This document shows positions 1-12,682 of a DNA stretch of 64,000 bases, one piece after another. The translations under genes were made by a program, and so were the position numbers. The number at the start of each line of letters is the position of its first letter. Position 1 is the first letter of the stretch. Under the pieces are notes generated by a model that had not been told where the DNA came from, searched no databases, and saw nothing but the letters and a program-made list of their open reading frames with translations. Source of the DNA: Octopus vulgaris (taxonomy: Eukaryota); the NCBI GenBank assembly GCA_951406725.2, contig OX597817.1:176080001-176144000 (forward strand). The letters are read 5' to 3'.

Positions 1-664
1 GATTTCAACATGGGCTAGAAACCGAAAATCCGGTGACACTTCCTTGACACAGCCGCTGTCAGAAATGCAGTGATTACTCGTTGGAAACTTGTAACGAACG
101 GCTCTATTGTTCACAGATTGCCACAAAGAATGAAGGAAGGAAAAAAACAAAGTAAGAAAGAAGAGAAAAAATGAAGGAAAGAAAGAAATGAAGAAAGAGA
201 GAATTATAAGAATCTTCAAACACTGGGGAAAACATTGAAGATAGTTCGCTTTTATAGAAGATAATTGAGAAGATTAGTCACTTCCATTGAAACAGTTTTC
301 TTTTTTAAAAAAATGATGTGAGCAAATGGACCTCGCTTGAGGATTTGATGTTTACTGGAACTAAGCAACGTACGAGACATCAGATAGGTAACCTGTACTA
401 TTTAGCAAGAGAGAAAAAAAGAGAGAAAGAGGGTTAGAAAGATGGAGAGAGCGAGAGAGAAGAGAGAGAGAGAGACGGAGAGGAGGACATAGGAAAAAAT
501 AATAATTTGTAGCAGTAATTTACTGGTGTGATTAATTAGGGGGTTACCTGATGGTTACGAAGAAAAGGAAAAAAAGAATACTCTACATAGATGTTTGAGT
601 TACGTTAATCTTACCAGGAATCTACTTCCTCTGCAACGACATAATGCGAATAAAAATGAATTAT

Positions 665-1395
665 TCCTCTCAACTTTCCCGATACGATTTTTCCTTCTCT
701 TCCTCCCCTCCTTATATTCATTTCATCATTCTCTGCCTCTTCCTCCTTATCGTGGTCGTCGTCGTCATCATCATCATTATCCCCATTATCATCATCATAA
801 CCCTCTTGCTCTTCCCTTCCTCTACCTTCTCTCCCTACTCTTCTCCCCTTTTCATCCACCTCCACTTTCCCTCCCCCTCTTCTCCCCCTCCTCATCGTCA
901 TCATCAATATCATAACCTTCATCACCCATCTCTTATTCGTCCGCCCTATCTCTTTCCTCATAGTCTTCCTCCTTTTATCTCTCTTTTCCTCCACTTCTCT
1001 CTCTCTCCTTCTTCTTCTTCTTCTTTTTCTTCACTTTCCTCCTCTTCTTCACCCTCTACTTCTCCCTCTTCTTCTTTCTCTTCATTCTCATCTTCTTTTT
1101 TCTCCTCTTCTTCATCCTCCTTTTCTCCCCTCTTCTTCCTCCTCTTCTACTTCCTCTTATCCTTTCTTCACCTCTTCCTCTTGTCTTTCCACCTCTTCTG
1201 TCTCCTCTTTTCCTGCCACCTCGTATCACCTTCCCCTTCTCATCCTCTTTTGCTCTTCCGCCTCTTCCCCTCGTCCTATTCTCCTCTCCTCTACCTCCTC
1301 CTCGTCCTCCCCCTCGTAATCATCATCTTCATCGTCGTCGTCGTAGTCGTCGCTATCAATGCATTCATCATCAGATATTTATTATTATTATTATT
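665..1395. repeat. Pyrimidine-rich low-complexity tract with (TCC)/(TCT)/(CAT)/(TCG) triplet repeats
   Basis: Directly visible degenerate triplet repeats; overlapping ORFs are compositional artefacts. Confidence 0.9.
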
Positions 1396-2083
1396 TGTTT
1401 TGCACTGCTCTCTCTTCAGTTTTCTATAATTTAAAATATATGGACTCAATTTAATGTTCTATAACGGTCTTTTTAATCTCAACACTCAGTTATTACGTTA
1501 TCCGTGATTATTTTACTGCCGAGTGTATTTTTAAAACCTCACTTTTCTTGATTTATTATTACAGTTCTTCGAATTTATCCAATTATCTTTTTTTCACTCT
1601 CTCTGTCTCTCTTTTCCAATATGAATATTAAATATGTGTCAATGCCATACGTTGGATAACATATCAGATTTATTTTTCTGATTGCTTAGATTTTGATCAG
1701 CATTTCTCTCCCCCACCGTGCCACCTTTACTTTGAGGAAACATTTTTTTTGTTTATATTTATTATCTTTAGTTTATACCTCATCTAGCTTTTTGCTGCAG
1801 CTGTTCTAATTTTCCTTCTATCTCTGCTAAATCTTACTTTCATTCACAAATCGCAATGTTATGCACAGAGCATAGTTGCATTCCGTTATTCTGTGTAGAT
1901 AGGAGTAAATGTTTACTCTATGTTTCCCATTAAAACAAGCATCCTTCATACATCCATTTGTTTCATATTTATTTATTTTCTGATTTACCAATTGACATTC
2001 GACTGGCAAGAATCGATAACTTTTTGTGCTTAACTCAGAAAAATCAATGCTTCTTTTTATAATACCTTTTATATCAGACATAA

Positions 2084-2290
2084 TCATAAATTATCATTTT
2101 GACTGTTGCGCAAATTAAATGGATTAAGACAGGTTACACTTTTACAATTACAGCTACGTTTTAGTACATCTGTTAATGCTTCACTTCTCAAAATAAACAT
2201 TTTTTCTATTTGTTTTATATGCTTGAAATTGTCAAGTTTTGGAAGAAATAACTGATGTAATCTTTCTTGAGGACGACAGGCATTACAAAA
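2084..2290 (-). CDS. Candidate terminal coding exon, Cys-rich (FCNACRPQ...SCNCKSVTC)
   Basis: Strong acceptor (ttcttttcttttttgttccttctaacag) followed by 68 stop-free codons to TGA at 2084-2086. CxxCxP and SCxC motifs loosely recall cystine-knot C-termini. No homology confirmed. Confidence 0.25.
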   Translation of the reverse strand, partial: FCNACRPQERLHQLFLPKLDNFKHIKQIEKMFILRSEALTDVLKRSCNCKSVTCLNPFNLRNSQNDNL

Positions 2291-3004
2291 CTGTTAGAAG
2301 GAACAAAAAAGAAAAGAACATGATTATTACCATTGGTGACAGAGGTTCAAAAGACACCATAGTTTGTTCATTGGTCATCTGTCTTCCTTAAGTTAACCGT
2401 GCAGATCCCAAAATTGTGGAACCAACTGTTTTTGTCAGTTTTTACTACTCTTAATAGGTGCTTGATTTTGATGTTTCTGGTATTGCTGATGTCGAAGGGG
2501 TAGTGCTGGTAGTGGTGGTAGTGGTAGATGGTGGCAGCGGTAGTTATGCTAGTGGTTGTGTTGTTGTGGTTGTGGTTGTGGGTGTTGTTGTTGCTGTTGG
2601 TGGTGGTGGTGGTGGTGTTTTATTTTATCGATCAAGAAAGTATGAAAGACAAATTTGACCTCGACAGGATTTGAATTCAGAATGTAAAGAGCCAGAGCAA
2701 ATACCGTAATGTATTTTATCCGATGCTCTATCGGTTCTGCCAAGTCCACATAAAAAAAAAAGACACAAGAAAAAAGCAAGAAAAAAAAAGCATAACTGAA
2801 TAGTTTGTTTAATTTATAACAGAACAACAAGCGTCTTTCTTCAGCTGTTTACCAGTCGAGCACAAGAAAAATTCTACATAGCGTTTCTGAAAAGTGGCAC
2901 AGATCCGTTTTAAATCGTATATTACAAGTTCTCCACAAACCGTGAGAGACGCACGTAACTCGGTTCTAACAACACATCTCTGCCATCCGAGACCCACGAA
3001 CGGC

Positions 3005-3060
3005 TTTTATATCTTCGAGTCGAAGTAACCCACGCTCCTCCGAAATATTACCACGCCCCA
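3005..3060 (-). promoter_or_regulatory. Candidate Pol II core promoter (GC box plus TATA)
   Basis: Minus-strand TGGGGCGTGG (3051-3060) lies about 40 bp upstream of TATAAAA (3005-3011) in non-repetitive, CpG-containing DNA. Confidence 0.25.
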
Positions 3061-3608
3061 CCTGCAGAACTTTCACTCCATCCGCAGAAACACCGGTTTA
3101 AACATTTAGATTATGTAGCATAATTAAGCGGTAACGATTAGAACGATTCGCTCTGATTCCTCCAAATCCATTTCGACAAACCCGAGTAATCTAGTCGTTA
3201 TCAGTCAAGAATTTGGGAAAATTTGAGCAGATTTAAGAAGCGATTATACATCTCCGTCATAAGCACTAGTTGTTCAATCTCAGAGCGTTTAAAATACCGT
3301 TTTAGTCGCCTACTAATATTAATACAATAGATGCACTGTGAAAGTTCTCCAAGTACCAACATTTTAGCTATCTTGCAGCTGTCAGTCATAGGCGGTTACC
3401 TGACTACTGATTGAATCCTAAAAGATCATACAGATCGCGAGATCTTGGCGTTTCGTAAATAAGAGTCATCTTACACGCCCCATACAGACCGAAAGAGTTA
3501 TAAAATGTAACAAATATAGCAGGGATAGTAAGAAACAACTTCAGCAAAGCTAGTGGTTTCTACCATAAACTATGTAATACTAAGTAGTAAACTGGTGTAT
3601 AGAGATGG

Positions 3609-3609
<1 letters not shown>

Positions 3610-3697
<88 letters not shown>

Positions 3698-3726
3698 TAT
3701 AGATAGATTGATAGATAGATAGATAC

Positions 3727-3800
<74 letters not shown>
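3610..3800. repeat. (GATA)n microsatellite, 3' flank of the Tx1 element
   Basis: Direct observation. Confidence 0.98.
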
Positions 3801-3801
<1 letters not shown>

Positions 3802-4188
3802 TGTTTCTTTATTAGCCACACAGGGCTGCACACAGACAGGACAAAATTACAAGGTAGAGCTTTTCTTTTGGGGGTAAAAAAGAGGGGGTTGGTTTTCGAT
3901 CAAAAGGGATCGTAAATGGAAAGAAAGAGGACAAAAAAGGTGGGGATAAAATAAAATTAAAAAAAAGGGGGGGGATTTGATCAATAGGGATCGTTATCAC
4001 AGAAATGTCAATATGAAGTGTAAAGGGGAGGACAGGTGAGGTTTACCCGTGGAAAGAAAAGCCTACGGAAAAGACCACGGTAACCTCGGTCAATGAAGTC
4101 ACATGTTATATTTCTTTTTTTTTTTTTGCAAATAAGCAACTCTGTATTAATTTTTACAGTTCATAGAATCATAGTCAAGGTGGCTTCG

Positions 4189-7100
4189 TCATTCATACGT
4201 GCCATCCTTGCTATATTCACCCATCTTTTTAAAACATTCACTAGACAAAACTTGCCTCTCTACTCTCACTTTCCTCTTCAAGTGATACTTGAAGAAGTTG
4301 ATGAGAGATTGACCAGAGAGGAAAGTGTTTGTCTCTAATCCTTTCAGGCGCGTCCACCAGATACATTCTTTCGCCATAGCCACAATTATGATAAAAATAG
4401 CTCTTCCTTCCCGTTTGAAGAAAGGAGGCGTGACGATATTAACGATAGACTCGGCTGATAAACCGACACGTCCCACACGTGACAGCAGTCATTCGACATA
4501 AGCCCACAGGTCGGAGATTGTTGGACACTGCACGATTGCGTGCAGAGCGGATTCGTCGCTCTGCCCGCATCTCGGGCAGGTCGGCCCCGTGTTTCTCGAG
4601 CCATGCCTATAGAGCTTATCCCGAACGGGTAGCGCTTCTCGGTAGCACTGCCAGGCCAGGGATCTCTGGAAGTTGTCCATAGGTCCCGGCCCGAAAGTCG
4701 TTTCAAACAGGCGGGTCAGGTATTCCTCGTCGACGCCTAGGTTTGCCCCAAGATCGTCGTCGTACCTCCCCTCCACTAATCCCCTATAGAATGCTTTGGT
4801 CGTGTTGAAGTCACTCAAGGTCGACCCGGAACGGCAGAGTTGCTTGAGAGCAACGCGACACTCGCGGTGCCATTCGCCCTTCCTCGGCCTCTTTTTGATC
4901 CACGGCTGCAGTTCGGTCATGGAGACGAGCTGCGGGAACGCGTGCCTCACAAACAGTGACCACACCTGTTCACCGTCGTCTACATAGAGTCGGAGACGTC
5001 GCAGTATCAGCGTGTGTCTGCGCATCATCAACCATGGCATACCCAGCCCTCCTTTTAACGGGTGTTGACAGCAAATGGATCGCCTGACCATCAGGACGCA
5101 TCCTTTCCACAAGAAGCGGAAGAGAATGCGTTCTAGTTTGGTGATGGTAGGGTCGGGACAAGGTACGACGATCAGGCGGTAGTAGATGATGGACGTGATG
5201 TATGTGTTCGCCACTTCCGCCCGACCTTTTAGGGACAGTTTCCTCTCGGCCCATTGCTGGGCGAGAGTGACCACTCTACTCGTTATTTCGTCCCAGTTCT
5301 TCTCCATTTGGAGGTCCGGACCGAACCAGACCCCGAGCAACTCAACCGGGCCGTCCGTCCAGCGTCCCACGACGGAGGTACTGGTGGACGGCATGGGCTT
5401 GCTTCTCCAGGTCCCGAGCCGCAAGCCCACTGACTTTTCCCGGTTGATTTTTGCTCCTGTCACCGCTTCGTGGTCTTTCAGTGTCTCACCGACCAGCTCG
5501 ATGTGCTCGTGGCTTGACACTATGACGGTGACGTCGTCCGCGTATGCAGACACGCTCGTCCCGCATCCCAATTCTCGCGGGATGCCCCTCAGAAGCGACG
5601 AGAGGGGGCATCTCTGACGGACCGAACGTGCGATGTCAAAGGGTCTCGATAGATGTCCATTTACGCGAATTACCGAACGGATGCCTCTGTACAAAGCGGC
5701 TATCCAGCCGCGGAAGACGGGACCGAAGCCAGCCGCTCTGAGGACTGCCTCCAAGTATCGATGGTCTACCCTATCGAAAGCTTTCGATTGATCCAAGTTG
5801 ATCAGGGCCCCACCCATGCCAGGTTCCTTAACTACTCTGTCTATGATGTATCGCATCAGATGGAGGTTGTCATGGATGCTCCGGCCCGGCACGGCGCACG
5901 TTTGTGCGTTGTCGACCAGTTTCTCGATGACAAGCGCCAACCTCTTGGCTAACACCTTTGTCAAAATTTTCAGGTCTGCATTGAGCAGAGTGATTGGTCT
6001 AAAGTTATCTATAATGTTCCCCTTGTTTGGATCTTTCTTCAGCAGCGTTACGGCTCCTCGACTCACAAAACCGGGTATGCTCCCGTTTTGCTGCCATTTG
6101 CAGTATACCGCTGCCAAGACGTCTCCAAACAAGTCTGGCATACAATTGTAAAACTCGTAGGGCAGACCATCCAAACCTGGCGATTTGTCCCTCGAGCATT
6201 CTGCCATCGCGTCCCGCACATCCGCCGCCGTGATGGCACCTTCGCAGCCCTCTGCCTCTCTTGCCGAGAGTCGTGGTAGGCTGTGCAGGTAGGCACTGAA
6301 GTCCACCCTGCGTTCACGCTCGCCACTCGTCCCGTACAGTCGGGCAAAGTGCCGCTGAAATGTCTCGTACATCTTGCTGGGCTCGAGCAATTCGCGCCTT
6401 TGTTCATCTACCAGAGACCGAATGGTGGCTTTGTCGCCCTTCTGCGCCTCCGCCACCCGGGCCTCCCTCGCGGCTCCAACACCTTCCATCCTTTGAGCAC
6501 GCATCCTAGCCCTGACAGCACACCCTTCGTGTTTGGCGTTGAAGTGTTGGTCAAGGGCCAACCTCGCCGCTAAAACGTCGGATGTGATGCCGCTTCTTAT
6601 TGCCTCTTCTAACTTCTTAACTAACTCACCCTCTACTCTATTTCTATCTACGGCTAGTGCCTTGCTATATCTAATTGCTTCCGCTTTTACTGCTCTCTTG
6701 AGGGCGAACCACCATTTGTTGTTGACAATGGCTCCCGTTAAAGCCCTTTTTACTAACGTGTTGATTCTGTCTCTGAAAACTTGTCTGGACGGGAATGATG
6801 CGTTCAGTTTCCAGTAACCAGGGCCCTGTCTATGTGCCTTATCTAAGTCTAGCGTACACGTCACGAATTTGTAATCTGTGTAGCTGACTGTGTGGAATTG
6901 TGGACATCCTAAGCTATCCCTGTCTACTGTCCTACACAGTATCCTATCTAGATACGATCTCGACGACCCACTGCGGTTGCTCCATGTCCACGTTGGTGCA
7001 TTTGGGTGGTCGAGTCGGTACCTGTCTGACAGTTGGAATCGTCTGAGCAGGTCTCTGAAGCATTTGTATCCCCTTCTGTTTTTGTCTCTCCCCACATAGT

Positions 7101-7551
7101 CTAGATGCGTGTCCAAGGTAGCATTCCAATCCCCCACTAAAAGTAAAGGACAAGACGTTCCCAGTAATATTTCTAGACGTCGAAAGAAATCCGGCCGACC
7201 TGTTAAAGGCGGTGCGTAGACTGATACGAGTCGAAAAGCGCACCCATTGCTGCCGTCGACATCCAGAACGACCAGTCTACCCTCCGGGCCTACGAATATC
7301 GTCTTGACTTCGAGATCCAGGCTCTTGTGAAAAAGTACCGCGGTGCCACTACCGCCCATCCTCGGAAGACAGGGAGCAAAATAAATGTTAAACTGTCCGC
7401 CAAACATGGACTTTAGGGCCCGTGGCTCGTGGAGTCTGGTCTCACTTATGGCTATGATTCCCAAATCGTGTGACTTGATGTCATTTAGGAGGTATCCTTG
7501 TTTCCAAGGAGACCCCAAGCCACGCGCATTCACACAACCAATCTTGACCAT
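4189..7551 (-). pseudogene. Tx1 ORF2: AP endonuclease, reverse transcriptase and C-terminal zinc finger (disrupted)
   Basis: ORF 4489-7551 has NARGL, ISETRL, GDWN, SYLDRI, FRPITLLNADLK, LDQSKAFDRVDH, YADD and CPRC..H...C. It continues after a frameshift in ORF 4189-4476. There is an apparent deletion after PLSSLL in the RT. Confidence 0.93.
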
Positions 7552-7601
7552 GATTCTATTGGGGTGTGTGCTTTAAAACACAAAAAGGAAAGTACAGAGA
7601 G

Positions 7602-9727
7602 TTACTTACTTGTGTCGAAAGTTTTGGCTTCCTCGTTCTTTGATGTGTCTTGGAGGAGGTTTTTATAGAGTTTTTGTGAGAGGTATTTTTGGAACCCCCC
7701 AACAGCATTTGGAAAGAGGGCTTTGAGTGTGTGGTGTTGTGTTTGTGTGATGTGTAGTATTTTGATGTGTTTGGGTGGTGTAGTGCGAGGATGGTTGTTA
7801 GTTTTGAAGTCATCTTCACAGATGTTTGTGTGGGCTGTGATGTACTCCATTAATTTGGAGTCTTTTGTGTCTATCGCTGATAGCATTGTGTGTGTTTTTG
7901 TGGTGTTGGTGCTTGTTTGGTTGTGTATGGAGCTTTCAGGGTTCAGGTATCTCCCTGCTTTGGTTGCGTTTTCTTGTTTGTTTTTTTTTATCTTTTTCTT
8001 TTACCCCCGGTGGCTATTTACCATTCTGTCGAACTTTCATCGTTAGATGAAAAGTCTGACGAATCAGCAGGGGGCAAGGGTAAAGCATCTGGGTCTGTTT
8101 GTGCGGTTGTAGATATTGTTGTGGTGTGCGGGAGGGGGGGTGCTGGGGGGTTTGGTGTGGTGATAGTCTCTCCTACATCCTTGGTGCTTGTCTTCTTCGT
8201 TGTTGTTCTCGGTGTTGGAATTGGTTTAGCTGTTGTTGGTGGTGATCATTCTGTTCTTGGCGCAGGTGGTGGTATTGTTTGGTTGGGTTGGTCCGTTCTT
8301 TGTTGTTTTTCATGTATTTCTGCATACAGCTTCTTGATTAGCCGTCCATATTGTGGTGTGGGCAATAATGCTGGCTTTTGTGGTTTTTCCTGTGGCTGTT
8401 GTTGTCGTTGTTTCGCGGCAGATTTGCACTCCTTTTTGAGGTGTGCCTCACTGCCACATGTATAGCAGCGTGGCCTTCTGCCCTCGACTTCTACATATAA
8501 CTTGCGGTCATCCGCAAGATGTACGTGGGTGGGAATTTTGTTAATGTCGTCTTGGCTTATGTGGAAGAGAATCTCCATTCTCTTTCCCACCCAGTCCTTG
8601 TGTTTCGAAACAGTGATATCCATGATGTTTATGTCCTCCATTTTGGATGTTATGGCGGTTGTTATCCATAGTGTGGTTGTTACTTGCGGGACATTATTGA
8701 TAATGACCTTTGTCACCTTCTGGCCAAGGTAACTGGGTGTCATTGCTAGCTCCTCTGAATGAAGAGTTAGCGTTGAGAATTGCTTTGCCAACACTTCATT
8801 CTGAAAAACCACCTGTACGTGGGCGAACTTGTTCGATCAAGTCACATACTCCTTGTGTCCCCAGATGGGGCGTAGGCACTTTTCTATTTTGTCCGTGCTT
8901 GCTTTTTCTGAACTTTTAGTTGTTTTGTTTGTTATTTTATATACAATTGTTCTCTTTTTTTCCTCATTCAGTATGTGTTGTGGTATGTGTAAGTGTATTT
9001 TGCCGTTTTCTTCGGTGATTAGGGCACTGCAGTCTTTTATTTGCTGTACAGTAAAAGATACTCTTGTCATTTTTTCTTTTATCGCCTCGGCGAAGTTTGT
9101 TGTTGTTTTGTTATTGTTGTTACTGCTGGTGGTGTTGGTGTTGATGGCAGGAGTGTGGGTTGTGGGTATATTAGGTTTGTGGTTGCTGATTATGCAACTG
9201 GCAAGAGGTGGAAACTTGTCTGCGTAATTTGGTCCTGCATTAGCGCGAATTTCGGCAGCTCGTTTGATTGTCGGTGTTATTTTTTTCTCACCTTCACTTG
9301 TTGGTGATGGAGTGAACAGTGGCTGAAGGGAATTGTTGTTGTTGTTGTTGTTATTGTCGTTCTTGGTGACGGCGGTGGTATTAGTAGTAAGGGAGGCATT
9401 GACGGCACGGTCTTTAGTGGCGGTGATGGTGATGTTGGTATTGTTATTGTTGTTGGTAGTGGTGTCGTTAGCAGAGATAGCAGTTGTACTAGCAGATGCT
9501 GCCATGGTGGTGGTGTCGGTGTTGATGGTGGAATCACTGGTGGCGGTGCTTGGCCTTGCGACCTTTGTTTTGTATTTGTTGCTGTTGTAGATGCTGATGG
9601 TGGTGGTGGTGGTGGTGTAAATAGTGTTTACACAGTCAAGTTCAGCGCTTGGTGACAGGAAATCTTGCTTTTTTGTTTTGGCGTCACGCTTCAGTTGCGC
9701 CTCAGCCTCGTGGTGACCAGTAGCCAT
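7602..9727 (-). pseudogene. Tx1 ORF1 (gag-like, zinc knuckle), broken into three ORFs
   Basis: ORFs 8837-9727, 8246-8812 (VEGRRPRCYTCGSEAHLKKEC, CX2CX4HX4C) and 7602-7886 lie collinearly upstream of ORF2. Confidence 0.85.
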
Positions 9728-9942
9728 TTTTGAAAATAAAATGGCTAAAATACAACACGAGGCCTACGAGAATTTTTTAAAATTTTGCCCACAAAGGGCA
9801 AAATTTTGTGTAGATATTAGTCAAGGTTTGCAGTGGATGTTGTTGCACAACTTTTAAACAAACAATATTTAACAATAAACACTTTTGAACGTACAAAATG
9901 ACCAACTTACTTGGAGCCCATTTGACTTGCGTCTGTCTGTCC

Positions 9943-10143
<201 letters not shown>

Positions 10144-10485
10144 GGTGGTTGTTTCATTCATCAGGAATTTTGACAACGAAGCAAACATTAACGATTTTGA
10201 AAATGAAGATGAATGGGGCAGAAAGTAGAAAGAAACAAAGACTGCAAAAAGCAGAAGCTTAAAAAAAAAATCAAGTGGATCTTATGGTGTCGTTTCTTCA
10301 AGAACTTAGTCTTTCATTAGAATTAACTTCGTGAGAAATAATCGAAACCAAGCTGTTATTGCATCAGATGGCTAATTGACTTTCAAGAATCAGAAGTGGC
10401 TTTCAGAGAAGTAGAAGATACAAATATATTGAAAAAAAAAGAAAGAAAAAAGAAAAGAAAACACAGCAAGCAGCATAGAATACAG

Positions 10486-10806
10486 TAGATGCGGTTCAGT
10501 AACATGACCTGTTTTTTTCTTTTTGTATTTGCTAAGATATCATTGACAGATATAAATTATTTTTTAACGGTGGAACTCGATATAGATAAAGCTATAAATA
10601 ATAGAGTGAGAAACAGTAGGTTAATAAAGGCTCTGAGGTGGAAAGAGTCGAATGTATATTTTCGTTCCAAGTGATTTTCTTTAATCCAATACGCCATTAT
10701 ATATAGCTTTATCTAATTCGAGTTCTACCGTTAAAAACGATTTATTTATGTTGATATTTTATCAAATTAAGATTAAAATCTAAATCATGTTTCTGAACAG
10801 TGTCTA
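10486..10806. mobile_element. Degenerate inverted-repeat (MITE-like) element
   Basis: ttttaacggtggaactcgatatagataaagctata (about 10562-10595) is the inverse of tatagctttatctaattcgagttctaccgttaaaa (about 10701-10736). A partial extra arm lies at about 10890. Confidence 0.55.
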
Positions 10807-11719
10807 ATATATACTACGCTGCTTTCTCGCATTTCTAATATGATAAAATATCAGTATCTTCTACTTTCCTGGAAGTCAATTCTGGTTCATCGAGTTCCAC
10901 CGTTAGAAACGATTTATTTTCATATCTCTCGAAGTTTCCAATTCATTATGACGTAAACATCATTAATATAATTTTTATCAGATGTCATGCGGATAGAAAT
11001 GGTTACATTAGGTTTGATGTATTTTTCTAAAAACAGTAAAGGATTATTTGATCCCACACAAAACCGATCAATGAATGAATGGCGGTTGAAAAAAATGCCA
11101 TAAATGAGTGTCAATATGAAAATTGTTGCTCACGGTTTTTCAAGATTTCGTTTTTTTTTCTTTTTTTGCTAGAGTGGAAGCAGTTTTTGATTTTTGGTGT
11201 TTGCTCTTTCACGAAATATTAATCAATCTTCATTGGAACAAAAAGATAAAAATAAAAAACTCGAGATTCGATCACAGAATGCAGGAAATGGATGTAGCAC
11301 AAATAAATGAATTAATAAATAAATATATATACGTTGTGATATTTTTACTGCTTTTTAATAAAGCATATTACTCTACCTCCGGTATTCCAGTAATTTATCC
11401 ACCTCGTTTCGCATTTATGTGCTTACTGTTTGGTTTGTGTTACGAATTTTGACCCTCTGCAAAATCCCAAATTTTATTTACTTTGCTTTGCGAGAGCAAC
11501 TGTTTTATCGAAAGCGTATATTGTTGTTAAATGCTCGAAATACGAGACTAGAAAAACAGCCAACAACTGATAAAGGGTCGTTCTTTATGTTGTTTTATTG
11601 TTTTCCATTTGTTTCTATCGTTGTTCGAAAGAATAGTTCATGTTTCATGTACACGTGCTTCGTATTTTTTTTGTATTTTTTTTGTTGTACACGCTTCGTG
11701 ACGTCCTGTGCCCACATAT

Positions 11720-11759
<40 letters not shown>

Positions 11760-11792
11760 TGGGTTCTTATTCCTAAGGTATTTTCGATGTTG

Positions 11793-11838
<46 letters not shown>

Positions 11839-12007
11839 TACTATTCAGGTCACTGCCTGGAATCGAACTCGGGCCCACCAAAGACCTCTGAGTGGATTTG
11901 GTAGATGGAAACTAAAAGAAGCCCGTCGTATGTATATATGTATATATATGTGTGTGTGTGTGTGTGTTTGTGTGTGTATATGTTTGTGAGTCTGTGTTTA
12001 TAAATAA

Positions 12008-12076
<69 letters not shown>

Positions 12077-12139
12077 CATACATACATACATACATACATA
12101 CATACATACATACATACATACATACATACATACATGATC

Positions 12140-12440
12140 GGCGCTGCTTAGGCCCAGTGGAAGGAAATGCAGGGAAATTTTACTGAATGTAGACGATAAT
12201 TGATATAGAACAGTTAAGGTAAAGCTTTTTAGCCTGGTGGGTGGGAAAGTTATAATTTCTATAATTCCGGTATTGGAGCGTGACTTACTTGTAATCCTGT
12301 ATTTTTTGTTGTAGGTAAATGCTTGTGGATAAGTTTTTAAACAACATAATATTGCAGGGAGATTGTCTTTTTTCAGTATCCATCATATATTACCTAAAGA
12401 CCCACGGCATGTCACTGCTGACATACATATCATAGGTTTA
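12140..12440 (-). mobile_element. Possible decayed Penelope-like GIY-YIG C-terminal remnant
   Basis: The minus frame reads SLGNI*WILKKDN...AFTYNKK...EIITF, weakly resembling PLE endonuclease tails. Confidence 0.25.
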
Positions 12441-12449
12441 CTATCAGTA

Positions 12450-12682
12450 AAGGTGGCGAGCTGGCAGAAACGTTAGCACGCTGGGCGAAATGTTTAGCGG
12501 TATTTCGTCTGCCGCTACGTTCTGAGTTCAAATTTCGCCAAGATCGACTTTGCCTTTCATCCTTTCGGGGTCGATTAAATAAGTACCAGTTACGCACTGC
12601 AGTCGATATAATCGACTTAATCCGTTTGTCTGTCCTTGTTCGTCCTCTCTGTGTTTAGCCCCTTGTGGGTAGTAAAGAAATA
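12450..12682 (+). mobile_element. SINE family A (tRNA-like head, central gcctttcatcctttcggggtcgat domain, Tx1-like tail)
   Basis: Near-identical copies at 19152-19357, 26338-26738 (minus, tandem), 44074-44306, 48782-49000 (minus) and 52955-53168 (minus). B-box-like gagttcaaatt. The central domain resembles the Meta-SINE domain (from memory). Confidence 0.9.

Larger units (their letters stand above)
3803..9942 (-). mobile_element. Full-length Tx1-like (L1 clade) non-LTR retrotransposon inserted in (GATA)n
   Basis: 5' UTR, ORF1 with a CCHC knuckle, ORF2 with APE-RT-zinc finger, and a 3' UTR ending AATAAAGAAAC. Both ends abut (GATA)n. Confidence 0.93.

Noticed and set aside
595-1429. ORFs of 106-261 aa
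   Set aside because: Low-complexity pyrimidine tract that lacks stops because of its composition.
4386-9590. Numerous short plus-strand and alternate-frame ORFs within the Tx1 element
   Set aside because: Antisense or shadow frames of the GC-rich ORF2 and Thr/Asn-rich ORF1.
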